Of a DNA stretch of 64,000 nt, positions 36,135-45,154 are shown piece after piece. The notes under the pieces were generated by a model that was given only the letters and a program-made list of their open reading frames with translations, did not search any database and was not told where the DNA came from. A program made the position numbers and the translations under genes. Source of the stretch: Candidatus Peregrinibacteria bacterium Gr01-1014_25 (GTDB taxonomy: Bacteria; Patescibacteriota; Gracilibacteria; Peribacterales; Peribacteraceae); NCBI GenBank assembly GCA_007376205.1, contig VMFU01000001.1, positions 94,661-158,660 on the forward strand, written 5' to 3'. Each line of letters begins with the position of its first letter. The stretch's first letter is position 1.

Positions 36135-38378
36135 TCAAATCAGCGGTTCCTCGAACTTCTCCTCGATGCTCGCGATCTCCCCTTCCTTTGGCGGCGCGGA
36201 GGCGGCTTCGTCCCATTTCTTCAGCATGTCTTCCACTTCCTGTTTCGGCGTGCAATATTTGCGACGTGAGGCGGCGATGATCTGATCCGAGTGATCCCAC
36301 TCGGGCCGCGGCGCGTCGAGTGTCCGACCGGAGAAGGCTTCCCGCAGCTCGCCGTTCACCGACATCTTGCAGTAGAGTTCACGTACGCCCAGGTTGATGA
36401 TGTCGCGCTCCTTGAAGACGGGGTTGTACTCCTCGGCGAGAATCTTGGCGTCCTCGGCGCCGACGCGGAAGCTGATCATGGAACCGACGTTGCCGAACAC
36501 GGTCTTGCGAACGACATCGTTGAGCTGGCCCATGTACTGGTGGGCGATGGTCAGGTTCAGGCGGTACTTGCGCGCTTCGGAGAGGATCTCGGCGAACGTG
36601 TCGGTCGCGAAGTTCTGGAACTCATCGACGTACAGGTAGAAGTCCGTGCGCTGGTCCTCGGGCGTGTCGGCGCGGCTCATCGCGGCCTGGTAGAGCTTCG
36701 TGATGAACATCGAGCCGATGAGCGACGAGTTCTCCTCGCCGAGCAGACCTTTGCTCACTTTCATGAGAAGAATTTTCTTCTGGTCCATGATCTCGCGGAT
36801 GGAGAATTTCGTCACCGGCTGCCCGATCATGTTACGGATCATGTTCGTGGCAACGAACTGGCCGACTTTGTTCAGCAACGGCGTGATCGCTTCGGCGTCG
36901 AATTTCTCCGACCATGCGGCGAACTCGCTGACCCAGAAGCTCTTCACGACGCTGTCCTGAATGCGCGCGACGATCTTCTGGCGGTAGTTCTTGTCGGTCA
37001 GCATCTTCAGGATCGAGAGCACCGTCGTGTTCGGACTGTCGAGGAGCGCGAGCGTCGTGTAGCGCAACACGTGCTCCAAGCGGTACGTCCAGTTGTCGCC
37101 GAACAACTTCTTGAAAATCTGCAGGAAGCCGATCGTCACCTGCATCTTGTAGGCGTCGTCGACCTTCTCGAGCGGGTTGAAGGCGATGGGGAAATCCGTA
37201 TCCGCCGGATCGAGAAGCACGACGTCGTTGATGCGGTGCTCGGGAATGTACCGCAGAATGGCGTCAATCAGATCGCCGTGCGGGTCGAGAACGGCGATGC
37301 CCTCGCCATTGCGCAAATCGTCATTGATGAGGAGCTCAAGGAGCTTGCTTTTGCCCGATCCGGACTTTCCCACGGCGTAGAGGTGCCGACGACGGTCGGC
37401 GCGACGGATGCCGAACGGCACGAAATTGTTGTGGTAATTCGTCACGCCGAAACCGCTCACGTCCTTCTCGCCTATCTTCGGAAGATCCTGTGGCGGATCC
37501 GATTTGCGCGCGAGAACGTGGACGATGTGCGGGACGTAATCGGCGTTCGGGAAGTGGTAGAGCGTCGCCACTTCCTTCGCGCTCAATATGAACGTCTTCG
37601 TATGCCTGCGGGACCGGTACTGCTCGATGAAGCGGGCGTCAACGGCGGCGGCGTGGCCGTGGAAGCTATTGATGTCGCTGTCATTGAACTGCGAGAAGCT
37701 ACCAATGATCGCCTCGAGTTTGCGGACGGCCGTCGCTGTGTCGCTGGAAATGTACGCGCAGCGGATGCTCACCTTGTATGGCTTGATGCCGAGTTTTTCG
37801 TTCGCGCGTTCGTGCCGGACGGCGGCGATGCTCTTGCGTCCGCCCTCGCGCAAGCGGTCGCGGATGCTGAAGAAATGCCGCATATTGGCCAGACGCATTC
37901 TCCACTTGCGCACGAAGTGGTAGCCGCCCGTATCGTCCTGCGGCTCCGCTATGATCTGTACCCACACCTGGTCACCCGCGCTGATCTTCGAAATGACTGC
38001 GAACAGTCGCGACAGGCTGTCCTCCTCAAACAGATCGTACGTCTTGATGGGGTAAATATCGGAATGATGCAACGTGATGACGGTCCCGGCGACCCCATGA
38101 CTTGTTCCTTCGACGCCGGCGGTATAGTCGGCCGTCTCTTTGATCTCGGCATCAGGGAACGCCGTGTAAATCAAACCTTCCACCGTCTCGAAGAGGCGCT
38201 CCTCCACAACGACGAAGAAATAGGTGTACTGATTGGCTCCGTAAAATTCGAGAGAAATCGGTGTCCCTGTGAATGTATTACGCATGTTCACCAGCAATTC
38301 CTGGAACTTCGATTCCAGTTTTACTCGCCCCTCAACGCCTTGGGGGATAACCACATGAAGGTAGCGCAGAGCAGCCAT
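36135..38378 (-). CDS. Type IV secretion coupling-protein-like ATPase (TraD/TraG/VirD4 C-terminal NTPase type) with an uncharacterised N-terminal domain and no TM anchor
   Basis: 747 aa. Walker A is AVGKSGSGKSKL. The Walker B/TraG-D_C-like region is FYLYVDEFQNF..ARKYRLNLTIAHQYMGQL. The N-terminal 330 aa or so are hydrophilic. Confidence 0.7.
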   Translation of the reverse strand: MAALRYLHVVIPQGVEGRVKLESKFQELLVNMRNTFTGTPISLEFYGANQYTYFFVVVEERLFETVEGLIYTAFPDAEIKETADYTAGVEGTSHGVAGTVITLHHSDIYPIKTYDLFEEDSLSRLFAVISKISAGDQVWVQIIAEPQDDTGGYHFVRKWRMRLANMRHFFSIRDRLREGGRKSIAAVRHERANEKLGIKPYKVSIRCAYISSDTATAVRKLEAIIGSFSQFNDSDINSFHGHAAAVDARFIEQYRSRRHTKTFILSAKEVATLYHFPNADYVPHIVHVLARKSDPPQDLPKIGEKDVSGFGVTNYHNNFVPFGIRRADRRRHLYAVGKSGSGKSKLLELLINDDLRNGEGIAVLDPHGDLIDAILRYIPEHRINDVVLLDPADTDFPIAFNPLEKVDDAYKMQVTIGFLQIFKKLFGDNWTYRLEHVLRYTTLALLDSPNTTVLSILKMLTDKNYRQKIVARIQDSVVKSFWVSEFAAWSEKFDAEAITPLLNKVGQFVATNMIRNMIGQPVTKFSIREIMDQKKILLMKVSKGLLGEENSSLIGSMFITKLYQAAMSRADTPEDQRTDFYLYVDEFQNFATDTFAEILSEARKYRLNLTIAHQYMGQLNDVVRKTVFGNVGSMISFRVGAEDAKILAEEYNPVFKERDIINLGVRELYCKMSVNGELREAFSGRTLDAPRPEWDHSDQIIAASRRKYCTPKQEVEDMLKKWDEAASAPPKEGEIASIEEKFEEPLI

Positions 38379-38392
38379 AAACTTGGTGTCTT

Positions 38393-38420
38393 ACATTAGC
38401 ACATTTTTGGCTATTTTCAA
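38393..38420 (-). promoter_or_regulatory. Candidate extended -10 promoter in the 60-nt gap upstream of the ATPase gene
   Basis: On the coding strand: TTGAAA-N16 (ending TGC)-TAATGT, 14 nt before the ATG. It shares the 8-mer GTGCTAAT with the array promoter candidate at 45220-45227. Confidence 0.35.
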
Positions 38421-38438
38421 AGGAAAACCGCCCGCTCC

Positions 38439-40130
38439 TTACTCTCCAAACTCCTGCTCGTACACATCCCTATCCCAAAGAATAAAGGGGCTCTCCGGAG
38501 GATATGTCGTCCGGATCGGCCTGCCCGTCTTCGCGCATGCGCGATCGTAGAGATGAATGCCGCCGAGCTTTTTGGCGCGTTCTTCCATACGCTCGTCGTA
38601 TGTCATGCGGGGCAAGGGAACATTGAACTGCCGGTAGCGCTTGAGCTCCTGCGACGTGATCTTGAAGGGGCGGCCGGACAGGGCGCTCTGTACGATCATG
38701 GAGTCGTCGGTCTGCGGCAAGCTGTCGGGGAGCGCGGAAGAATCGATCGCTTCCGTCATGCTGACCGGCTCTTCGTGCCATGTCAGTCCCGCTTCCAATG
38801 CCTGGTTTTTGGTGAGAGGAAAATGGCGCTGCGCTTGCGAGCGGTTGTACGGATGCGGCGTGCGTGACAACGGGAAAAATTCGCCCCATTCCCCTGCCTG
38901 CCGCATCTGCTCGATAAGCTTCGGCATGAGCGCTTCGTACTCTTCTTTCGTATACTGCTTGTTCAAGATGCAGTATTTCTTGTGGTTCAGGCTCACGCAG
39001 CCGAAACACTGTTCGCACGCGTCGCAGTGCCAGCAGTACAGAAGATCGCTGCTGCCGGCACGACACTGATAGCAGAACGCGAGCCGCTGGATGTCGATGC
39101 CGCACGTCGCGCACTCGTAGATGAGCTCCGCGCGGCGTCCGAACAGCGAGTAATCGCGGCAGTCTTTGATGCCTTCGTGGAGATTGAAGCAATGCCGCAG
39201 ATTCTCCCCATGCTGAATGAAAAAGCTGTCATGGACGTCTTTCGCCTCGAGGATGAAATTCCCAGAAACGTCTTCCGTCTGCCGCAGGATTGCATGGGGA
39301 CGTGGGTGGCGCAGGCAAAGTTCCCTCCAGCGTTGATCCATCTCCGCGCGCTGGCGACGGGAACGCGCATCAAAGCCGTGGAGGAAAGCTTCGTACTCGT
39401 CACGTGTTTTCTGTTCGTTGAAGATGCAGTACTCGCGCCGCCGCAGATTCACGCAGCCGAAGCAGTGTTTGCAGGAACGGCACAGGGAAAGGAAGGTGCT
39501 TTCCTGGCAGTCCTCGCAATACTCCGAACTCTGCAACGCATAGCAGCGCGTGCATGCCGTGCAGTCGTAGCACAGCTCCGATTGCCGCGTGTGCGTGCAT
39601 TCGACGCAGTCGCGCGATCCCCAGGCGTTCTCGCAGTACATGCAATCTTCGGCGAGCGACGTATTGAAGACCATGTAGCAGTTCTTGTTGTCCGAAAGAT
39701 TGTTGCAGTACTCGCAATTCTCGTTGCGCGTCGCGGTGAGCGCGGGCTGGGGTACTTCCCGCTGCAACGCGAAAAATTGCGAGAAGAACGATTGGAACAG
39801 ATCAACGTCCCGTCCGTACCGCAACGGGTCCCATCCGTCGCCAGACCATTCTTCGATGGGAACCACGGGGAATGGAACGGAAGTGGGGTACACGGAGAAC
39901 ATCGGCTGCCCCGTCGATGACGACGGCCGCGAATAGACGTAAATCTCCGTGCGAAACGCCAGCCGCCGCTGCAAGCGGCACTCTGGACATAGCGTTGGCG
40001 GAGGAACGTCGCATCGCACCCCGCCAAATATTGGGCCGATCTTCTCCAAGAATGCGAGATCGTCATCCGTAACCTCAAAAGTCGCTTGGCACTGTGCACA
40101 GGTTCGCCGACCGACAATGGGCTGTTGCAT
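38439..40130 (-). CDS. Cysteine-rich repeat protein, paralog A (unknown family)
   Basis: 563 aa with 37 Cys by my count. Domain order is: N-terminal CxxC..CPxC module, two Cys-rich modules each ending CFGCV.L....YC..N.Q.T..EYEA, then a C-terminal module with its Cys residues lost. Confidence 0.8.
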   Translation of the reverse strand: MQQPIVGRRTCAQCQATFEVTDDDLAFLEKIGPIFGGVRCDVPPPTLCPECRLQRRLAFRTEIYVYSRPSSSTGQPMFSVYPTSVPFPVVPIEEWSGDGWDPLRYGRDVDLFQSFFSQFFALQREVPQPALTATRNENCEYCNNLSDNKNCYMVFNTSLAEDCMYCENAWGSRDCVECTHTRQSELCYDCTACTRCYALQSSEYCEDCQESTFLSLCRSCKHCFGCVNLRRREYCIFNEQKTRDEYEAFLHGFDARSRRQRAEMDQRWRELCLRHPRPHAILRQTEDVSGNFILEAKDVHDSFFIQHGENLRHCFNLHEGIKDCRDYSLFGRRAELIYECATCGIDIQRLAFCYQCRAGSSDLLYCWHCDACEQCFGCVSLNHKKYCILNKQYTKEEYEALMPKLIEQMRQAGEWGEFFPLSRTPHPYNRSQAQRHFPLTKNQALEAGLTWHEEPVSMTEAIDSSALPDSLPQTDDSMIVQSALSGRPFKITSQELKRYRQFNVPLPRMTYDERMEERAKKLGGIHLYDRACAKTGRPIRTTYPPESPFILWDRDVYEQEFGE

Positions 40131-40141
40131 GGCCTTCTAGT

Positions 40142-41815
40142 CTACGACCCAAACTCTTTCTCGTACACATCCCGATCCCAAATGATGTACGGGCTGTCCG
40201 GCGGATACGTCGTCAGAATGGATTGTCCCGTCTTGGCGCATGCGCGCTGGTAGAGATGGATACCGCCAAGCTTCCGTATTCTCTCCTCCATTCGCTCGTC
40301 GTACGTCATGCGGGGCAGGGGAACGTTGAACTGCCGGTAGCGGCGGATTTCTTCGGACGTGATCTTGAACGGCCGTCCGGAGAGTGCGCTGCGAACGATG
40401 ATGGGATCGTCCTGAGCCGGTAATCCGTCCGGCAGCGACGAGACTTCGACGGCCTGTTTTGCTTCGGGGATCTGCTGGTCGTACCAATGCAATTTCTGCG
40501 TTGCGGCTTCCGACTTCGTCAGGGGGAAGTACCGTTGGGCAAGCGAGTAGTTGTACGGACCGAACGCCTCGGTCATTGGGAAAAATTCGCCCCACTCCCC
40601 TCTGAAACGCATATGCGCGATGATTGTCGGCACCAACGCCTCGTATTCCTCCTTCGTATACTGCTTGTTGAACACGCAATGGTGCTGCTTCTTTAAGCCG
40701 ACGCAGCCGAAACAATCGCGGCAACCGACGCAACCCTGGCAATACAACATGTTGGACGTGTTGGTGTGCACTTCGTAGCAGCACAGGAGACGTTGCGCGT
40801 TGATCCCGCAACTGACGGCTTCGTAGACCAATTCCGCCTTGTTACCCCAAACCGAATAATCGCGGCAATCCTTCGATCCGTGGACTCCGAAACAATATGT
40901 AAGATCCTCGTCGTTGGAACAAAAAAACGATCCTTGGACGTTGCGGGAATGCAGCACGATATTCCCGGCACACTGTTCCACTTGGCGTAAAATGACATTG
41001 GGGCGCGGGTGTTGCTGGAAGAAAACCTGGGTCTTCCGCCGCATATCTTCCCGCCAGGCATGTGATGATGCGGGAAGGCCACGAAGGAACGCATCGTATT
41101 CCGCCTTGGTCTTCTGTTCGTTGAAAACGCAATACTCCGCATGACGAAGATTCACGCAGCCGAAGCAGTGTTTGCAGGAACGGCAATTCAAGAGAAAATG
41201 GCTATCGCTGCAGTGTTCGCATTGTTGGGAGCTCTGCAGGTTGTAGCAGTTCTCGCAGAGCGTGCAGTCGCAGCACAATTGCGACGAGACGATCATCGTG
41301 CAGTCCAAGGTATTTACGGAGCTGTTCATCATTTCGCAATACATGCCGTCTTCGCCTCCCGTGGTATTGAAAACCATGTAGCAGTTTTTGAGCTCACCGG
41401 CATTGACGCAATAATCGCTGTTTTCCAGATTGGAAACCGAACGCGCGATATGCGGGACCTGCGATCGAAGCTCGTGAAATTGCTCGTGAAAGCTTTTCCC
41501 GAAATCAAAAGTTTGCCCCGCGGATAGCCCGTTCCAGGCATCACCCCACCATTCTTCATTACTGATAACAGGAAACCCCACGTCCTCTGGCCACGAGGAA
41601 AATATCTGTTTCCCTGACAAGGACGACGTTCGCGAAAAAACATGGATTTGATTCCGAAACGCCAGCCGCCGCTGCAGCCGGCACTCCGGACACAGCGTCG
41701 GCGCGGGGATCGCCTCTTTCTTCCCGTTGAACACGGGGGAAACTTTGTCGAGGAACGCGAGGTCGTCGTCGGTGATCTCGAATCCTGCCTGACATTGCCT
41801 GCATGACTGTTGCAT
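40142..41815 (-). CDS. Cysteine-rich repeat protein, paralog B (unknown family)
   Basis: 557 aa, colinear with A. The C-terminal ~85 aa are near-identical to A (GRPFKITS.E..RYRQFNVPLPRMTYDERMEER..KLGGIHLY.RACAKTG). There is an 11-nt gap to A. Confidence 0.8.
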   Translation of the reverse strand: MQQSCRQCQAGFEITDDDLAFLDKVSPVFNGKKEAIPAPTLCPECRLQRRLAFRNQIHVFSRTSSLSGKQIFSSWPEDVGFPVISNEEWWGDAWNGLSAGQTFDFGKSFHEQFHELRSQVPHIARSVSNLENSDYCVNAGELKNCYMVFNTTGGEDGMYCEMMNSSVNTLDCTMIVSSQLCCDCTLCENCYNLQSSQQCEHCSDSHFLLNCRSCKHCFGCVNLRHAEYCVFNEQKTKAEYDAFLRGLPASSHAWREDMRRKTQVFFQQHPRPNVILRQVEQCAGNIVLHSRNVQGSFFCSNDEDLTYCFGVHGSKDCRDYSVWGNKAELVYEAVSCGINAQRLLCCYEVHTNTSNMLYCQGCVGCRDCFGCVGLKKQHHCVFNKQYTKEEYEALVPTIIAHMRFRGEWGEFFPMTEAFGPYNYSLAQRYFPLTKSEAATQKLHWYDQQIPEAKQAVEVSSLPDGLPAQDDPIIVRSALSGRPFKITSEEIRRYRQFNVPLPRMTYDERMEERIRKLGGIHLYQRACAKTGQSILTTYPPDSPYIIWDRDVYEKEFGS

Positions 41816-41822
41816 AAGGAGG

Positions 41823-43496
41823 TTAGTATACCTCCTTCAGATAGCATTCCTCGCAATAGACGATCTCTGGCCTCTCCGGGCCGTACGTCGTCTGGATCGC
41901 CTTCCCGCACTTCGCACACGCGCGCGGCCAGAGGTGGCGGGGATTGCGGAGAGCGAGGCGATCACGATGACGCTGATCCGGGCAGCGGCGCGGGATTGGG
42001 AGCCGCATGCGACGATAGAATTGCAATTCTTGCGGGATGATTTTGTAGGGTTTGCCGGTCACTTCGCAACGGAGGATGCGATCGCAGATATCATCCTCCG
42101 CGCCGTCGATCGATTCGGGGATCGCCTGCGCCGGACCCATGTACGCGTCTTCCTTCGCCTGCCCGTCATACCACTTCCATTGGCGGCGGAGCACATCATC
42201 CCTCTCCATCGGAAAATACTCTTGAGCGAGCGTTTCGTTGTATCCCATGGTGGAGAGGCACGGATCGGGATACGCGCCCCATTCTCCGGTTTTCCGCATG
42301 TGCTCGATGATCTTCGGCACGAGAACTTCGTACTCCTCTTTGGAATACTGCGCATTCAAGATACAATGCTGCTTGCGCTTCATGCCGCTGCAGCCGAACA
42401 CATCCGTGCAGTGATGACATTCGCGGCTGTAGTAGACATCACTGCCGTACCACGACAGAAAAGTCCCCATGCAGCGCTCGCCGCCGACGGTGGAATTGAC
42501 GTTGTAACAGAATCGCACTCCCGCCGGAGCCGTGTAATTGGCATCCTGGCTCATGAAGCCCTTCGGGGTGTTGGAAATATGGGCGCAATCCTCACATCCC
42601 GTGCAATCGAATGCGTCGTGGCAATTCTTTGAATTGAAGATCATATCGCCGGTACATCCTTCGCTGCCGAAAACGTACGACGCGCGATGCGGCAGGGTTT
42701 TTTTGAGATCCTGGAACTTCGCGCGCATGAGGCGAACGTGTTCCTGCGTCAGCGGCGTGAGTTGTTTCATGCGCTCCTCGTATTCTTCTTTGCCGAGACG
42801 CTCATTGAGGAAGCAATATTCCTGGCCCTTCAGGCCGAAGCAGAGGCAGCAATTCTTGCAGTTCTGGCAATCTTCGACCATGAGGCAGTTGCTGCAATTG
42901 TACGAATAGAGAGCGTAGAAACATTCGTAGCACCCCTGGCAGGCAACGCTTTCGTATGACCATTGGCATGAGTAGAGCGACAGCGCGTCGACGACATTGC
43001 TGCAGCTGATGACAAAGCGGCCGTACAGGGAATCCTCGATGTCCGTCGCGCCGGCGATGAGATAGGTATTGCGGGCGTTGAGCGAGTGATTCGTGTAGTA
43101 GCTGTTTTCGGCGTTCGTCGTGAAGAGCGACATATGCGGGACGACGTTGTTCAGATCCGCAAATTGCTCGGCGAACGTTCTGGAAAAATCGAAAGGCCTG
43201 CCGTACGAACGCTCATCCCACTGATCGCTCCACCACTCATCCTGATCATAGACGGTATACGGCTTATCCGGAGCGTACATCGACACGATTTGCTTGCCCG
43301 TCAGATCGGACTTGCGATGGTACAGAGTGAGATCGTTGCGGAAGAGCAGCCGCCGTTGCGTCCGGCAATCCGGGCACAGCGTCGGCGGCAGGATGATTTC
43401 TTTTTTTCCTTGGAACACCGGCGAAACATTCTCCAGAAATGTACGATCGCCGGAGGTGACCTCGAATGCGGCCGAGCATTGTTTGCAGGTGGGCAT
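41823..43496 (-). CDS. Cysteine-rich repeat protein, paralog C (unknown family)
   Basis: Start set at MPTCKQCSAAFEV (43496), which overlaps the stop of D by 1 nt (TGATG). 557 aa. The C-terminal module retains CAKCGK..VYCEECY. Confidence 0.8.
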   Translation of the reverse strand: MPTCKQCSAAFEVTSGDRTFLENVSPVFQGKKEIILPPTLCPDCRTQRRLLFRNDLTLYHRKSDLTGKQIVSMYAPDKPYTVYDQDEWWSDQWDERSYGRPFDFSRTFAEQFADLNNVVPHMSLFTTNAENSYYTNHSLNARNTYLIAGATDIEDSLYGRFVISCSNVVDALSLYSCQWSYESVACQGCYECFYALYSYNCSNCLMVEDCQNCKNCCLCFGLKGQEYCFLNERLGKEEYEERMKQLTPLTQEHVRLMRAKFQDLKKTLPHRASYVFGSEGCTGDMIFNSKNCHDAFDCTGCEDCAHISNTPKGFMSQDANYTAPAGVRFCYNVNSTVGGERCMGTFLSWYGSDVYYSRECHHCTDVFGCSGMKRKQHCILNAQYSKEEYEVLVPKIIEHMRKTGEWGAYPDPCLSTMGYNETLAQEYFPMERDDVLRRQWKWYDGQAKEDAYMGPAQAIPESIDGAEDDICDRILRCEVTGKPYKIIPQELQFYRRMRLPIPRRCPDQRHRDRLALRNPRHLWPRACAKCGKAIQTTYGPERPEIVYCEECYLKEVY

Positions 43497-45154
43497 CAGT
43501 AGACAGTGGCAAGGTAACACTCTTCGCAGTAGACGATTTCGGGGGCGTTGGGTGCAAACGTCGTGCGGATGCCTTTCTGACACTTGCCGCATGTGCGCTC
43601 ATAGAGCACGCGCTTGTGCCTTTTCTTCAGGCGAAGCTCGTGACGCTCATCGGGTGAAATGCGAGGGAGTGGGATGTTCAACCGTTGATAGAATTCCCAC
43701 TCTTGCGGGATGATTTTGTACGGCTTTCCGGATGCGGCTGATGTCAGAATTTTCGCTGTCACATCATCTGATGCATCACGAATACTGTCCGGCAGCTCTA
43801 TCGCGGGCCCCATATATTTCTTCGTTTGTTCTTCCTCTTCGTCATGCCATTGCCATCCTTTCGCAAGCGTCTCTTTCTTCGTGAGGGGTATCTGCTCCTG
43901 CGCAAGAGATTCGTTATAAGCGTATATGCTCTTGTCAACGGGAAAGAATTCACCCCATTCACCGGTCCGTTTCATGTGTTCGATGATGCGCGGTACAAGC
44001 TTTTCGTATTCCTCCTTTATGCACTGCTTATTCAGAATGCAATACGTCTGTTTCTTGAGGGATACACATCCGAAGCAATTTTTCGTAGAGAAGCACTGAT
44101 CGCAGTAGGTTAGATCGCTGCAATTGGTCCAGCAGAGATTGCAAAAACGCAGCTGAAATAGGTCGTAGCCACATGCCTGGCATTCGTACATCTTCTCGGT
44201 ATTCCCTCCCCAATAGCTGAAATCCACACTGTCCTTCGCATCGTAGACGCACATGCAGTAGCGGATATCCTCGCTTCTATCGCACTCAAAGCAGGTGAAG
44301 GCGTTTTTACTGTCCTGCAAGTAATCACCGACACAGTTTTCGGCATTCGTTCCGGTAAATTCTTTCACGATGATTTTTCTGGAGAAATCATCGAATGTCT
44401 GTCTGCTCTTTTCCATTTGGATGAAACTACCCGTATCCACGCTCTGGAGGAACGCTTTGTACTCCCCCTCGGTCTTTTGCTCATTGAATACCATGTACTG
44501 CTTCTGCACTTGGTTGAAGCAGAAGAAACAATCGCTGCAACCAATGCAGTTGCGCAGAAAGAACGAATCGCTGCAATTGGTGCACTCTTGGCTGTAGCGC
44601 ACGTTGTAGCAATGACGACACCCGACACAGTCGTAACAGAGTTCGCAGGCATCGATGTTGGTGTTGTCTAAGCAATCCTTCGATTGATTCACCCAGGAAC
44701 CGTAGTAACAATCTTCGCAATGATTGGTGGAAAATACGAGATAGCAGTTTTTATTCATGCTTGCGCAATTGCAGTAATCGCTATTGACCATAGGTTTCTG
44801 TTGTTGAAGAGCGAGGCGGGGCACGACATCGCGTAACGCGAAGAACTGTTCAAAGAACGGTTTGTTGAAATCGAATTCCCTGCCATACGAGAGCGGGTCC
44901 CAGTCATCGCTCCACCACGCATCAATGTCATATACGGGAAACGGTTTATCAATGGAAAACGACGAAACAATTTGCTTGCTGGTCAGGTTGCATTTTCGAT
45001 GATAGAGAAAACGTTCGTTTCTGTAGCTCAGCCTCCGTTGCATCCGGCAGAGATAGCAGTGCGTCGGCGCCGGTACATGCATATCATCGTAGAACGCGAG
45101 ATCCTCGGGGGTTACAGCAAAGCCGGCGGCGCACTGGACACACGTTTTCTGCAT
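43496..45154 (-). CDS. Cysteine-rich repeat protein, paralog D (unknown family)
   Basis: Start set at MQKTCVQCAAGF (45154) by analogy with paralogs A-C; the ORF could extend to 45214. There are 42 Cys by my count. The C-terminal module retains CGKCQK..VYCEECY. Confidence 0.75.
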   Translation of the reverse strand: MQKTCVQCAAGFAVTPEDLAFYDDMHVPAPTHCYLCRMQRRLSYRNERFLYHRKCNLTSKQIVSSFSIDKPFPVYDIDAWWSDDWDPLSYGREFDFNKPFFEQFFALRDVVPRLALQQQKPMVNSDYCNCASMNKNCYLVFSTNHCEDCYYGSWVNQSKDCLDNTNIDACELCYDCVGCRHCYNVRYSQECTNCSDSFFLRNCIGCSDCFFCFNQVQKQYMVFNEQKTEGEYKAFLQSVDTGSFIQMEKSRQTFDDFSRKIIVKEFTGTNAENCVGDYLQDSKNAFTCFECDRSEDIRYCMCVYDAKDSVDFSYWGGNTEKMYECQACGYDLFQLRFCNLCWTNCSDLTYCDQCFSTKNCFGCVSLKKQTYCILNKQCIKEEYEKLVPRIIEHMKRTGEWGEFFPVDKSIYAYNESLAQEQIPLTKKETLAKGWQWHDEEEEQTKKYMGPAIELPDSIRDASDDVTAKILTSAASGKPYKIIPQEWEFYQRLNIPLPRISPDERHELRLKKRHKRVLYERTCGKCQKGIRTTFAPNAPEIVYCEECYLATVY

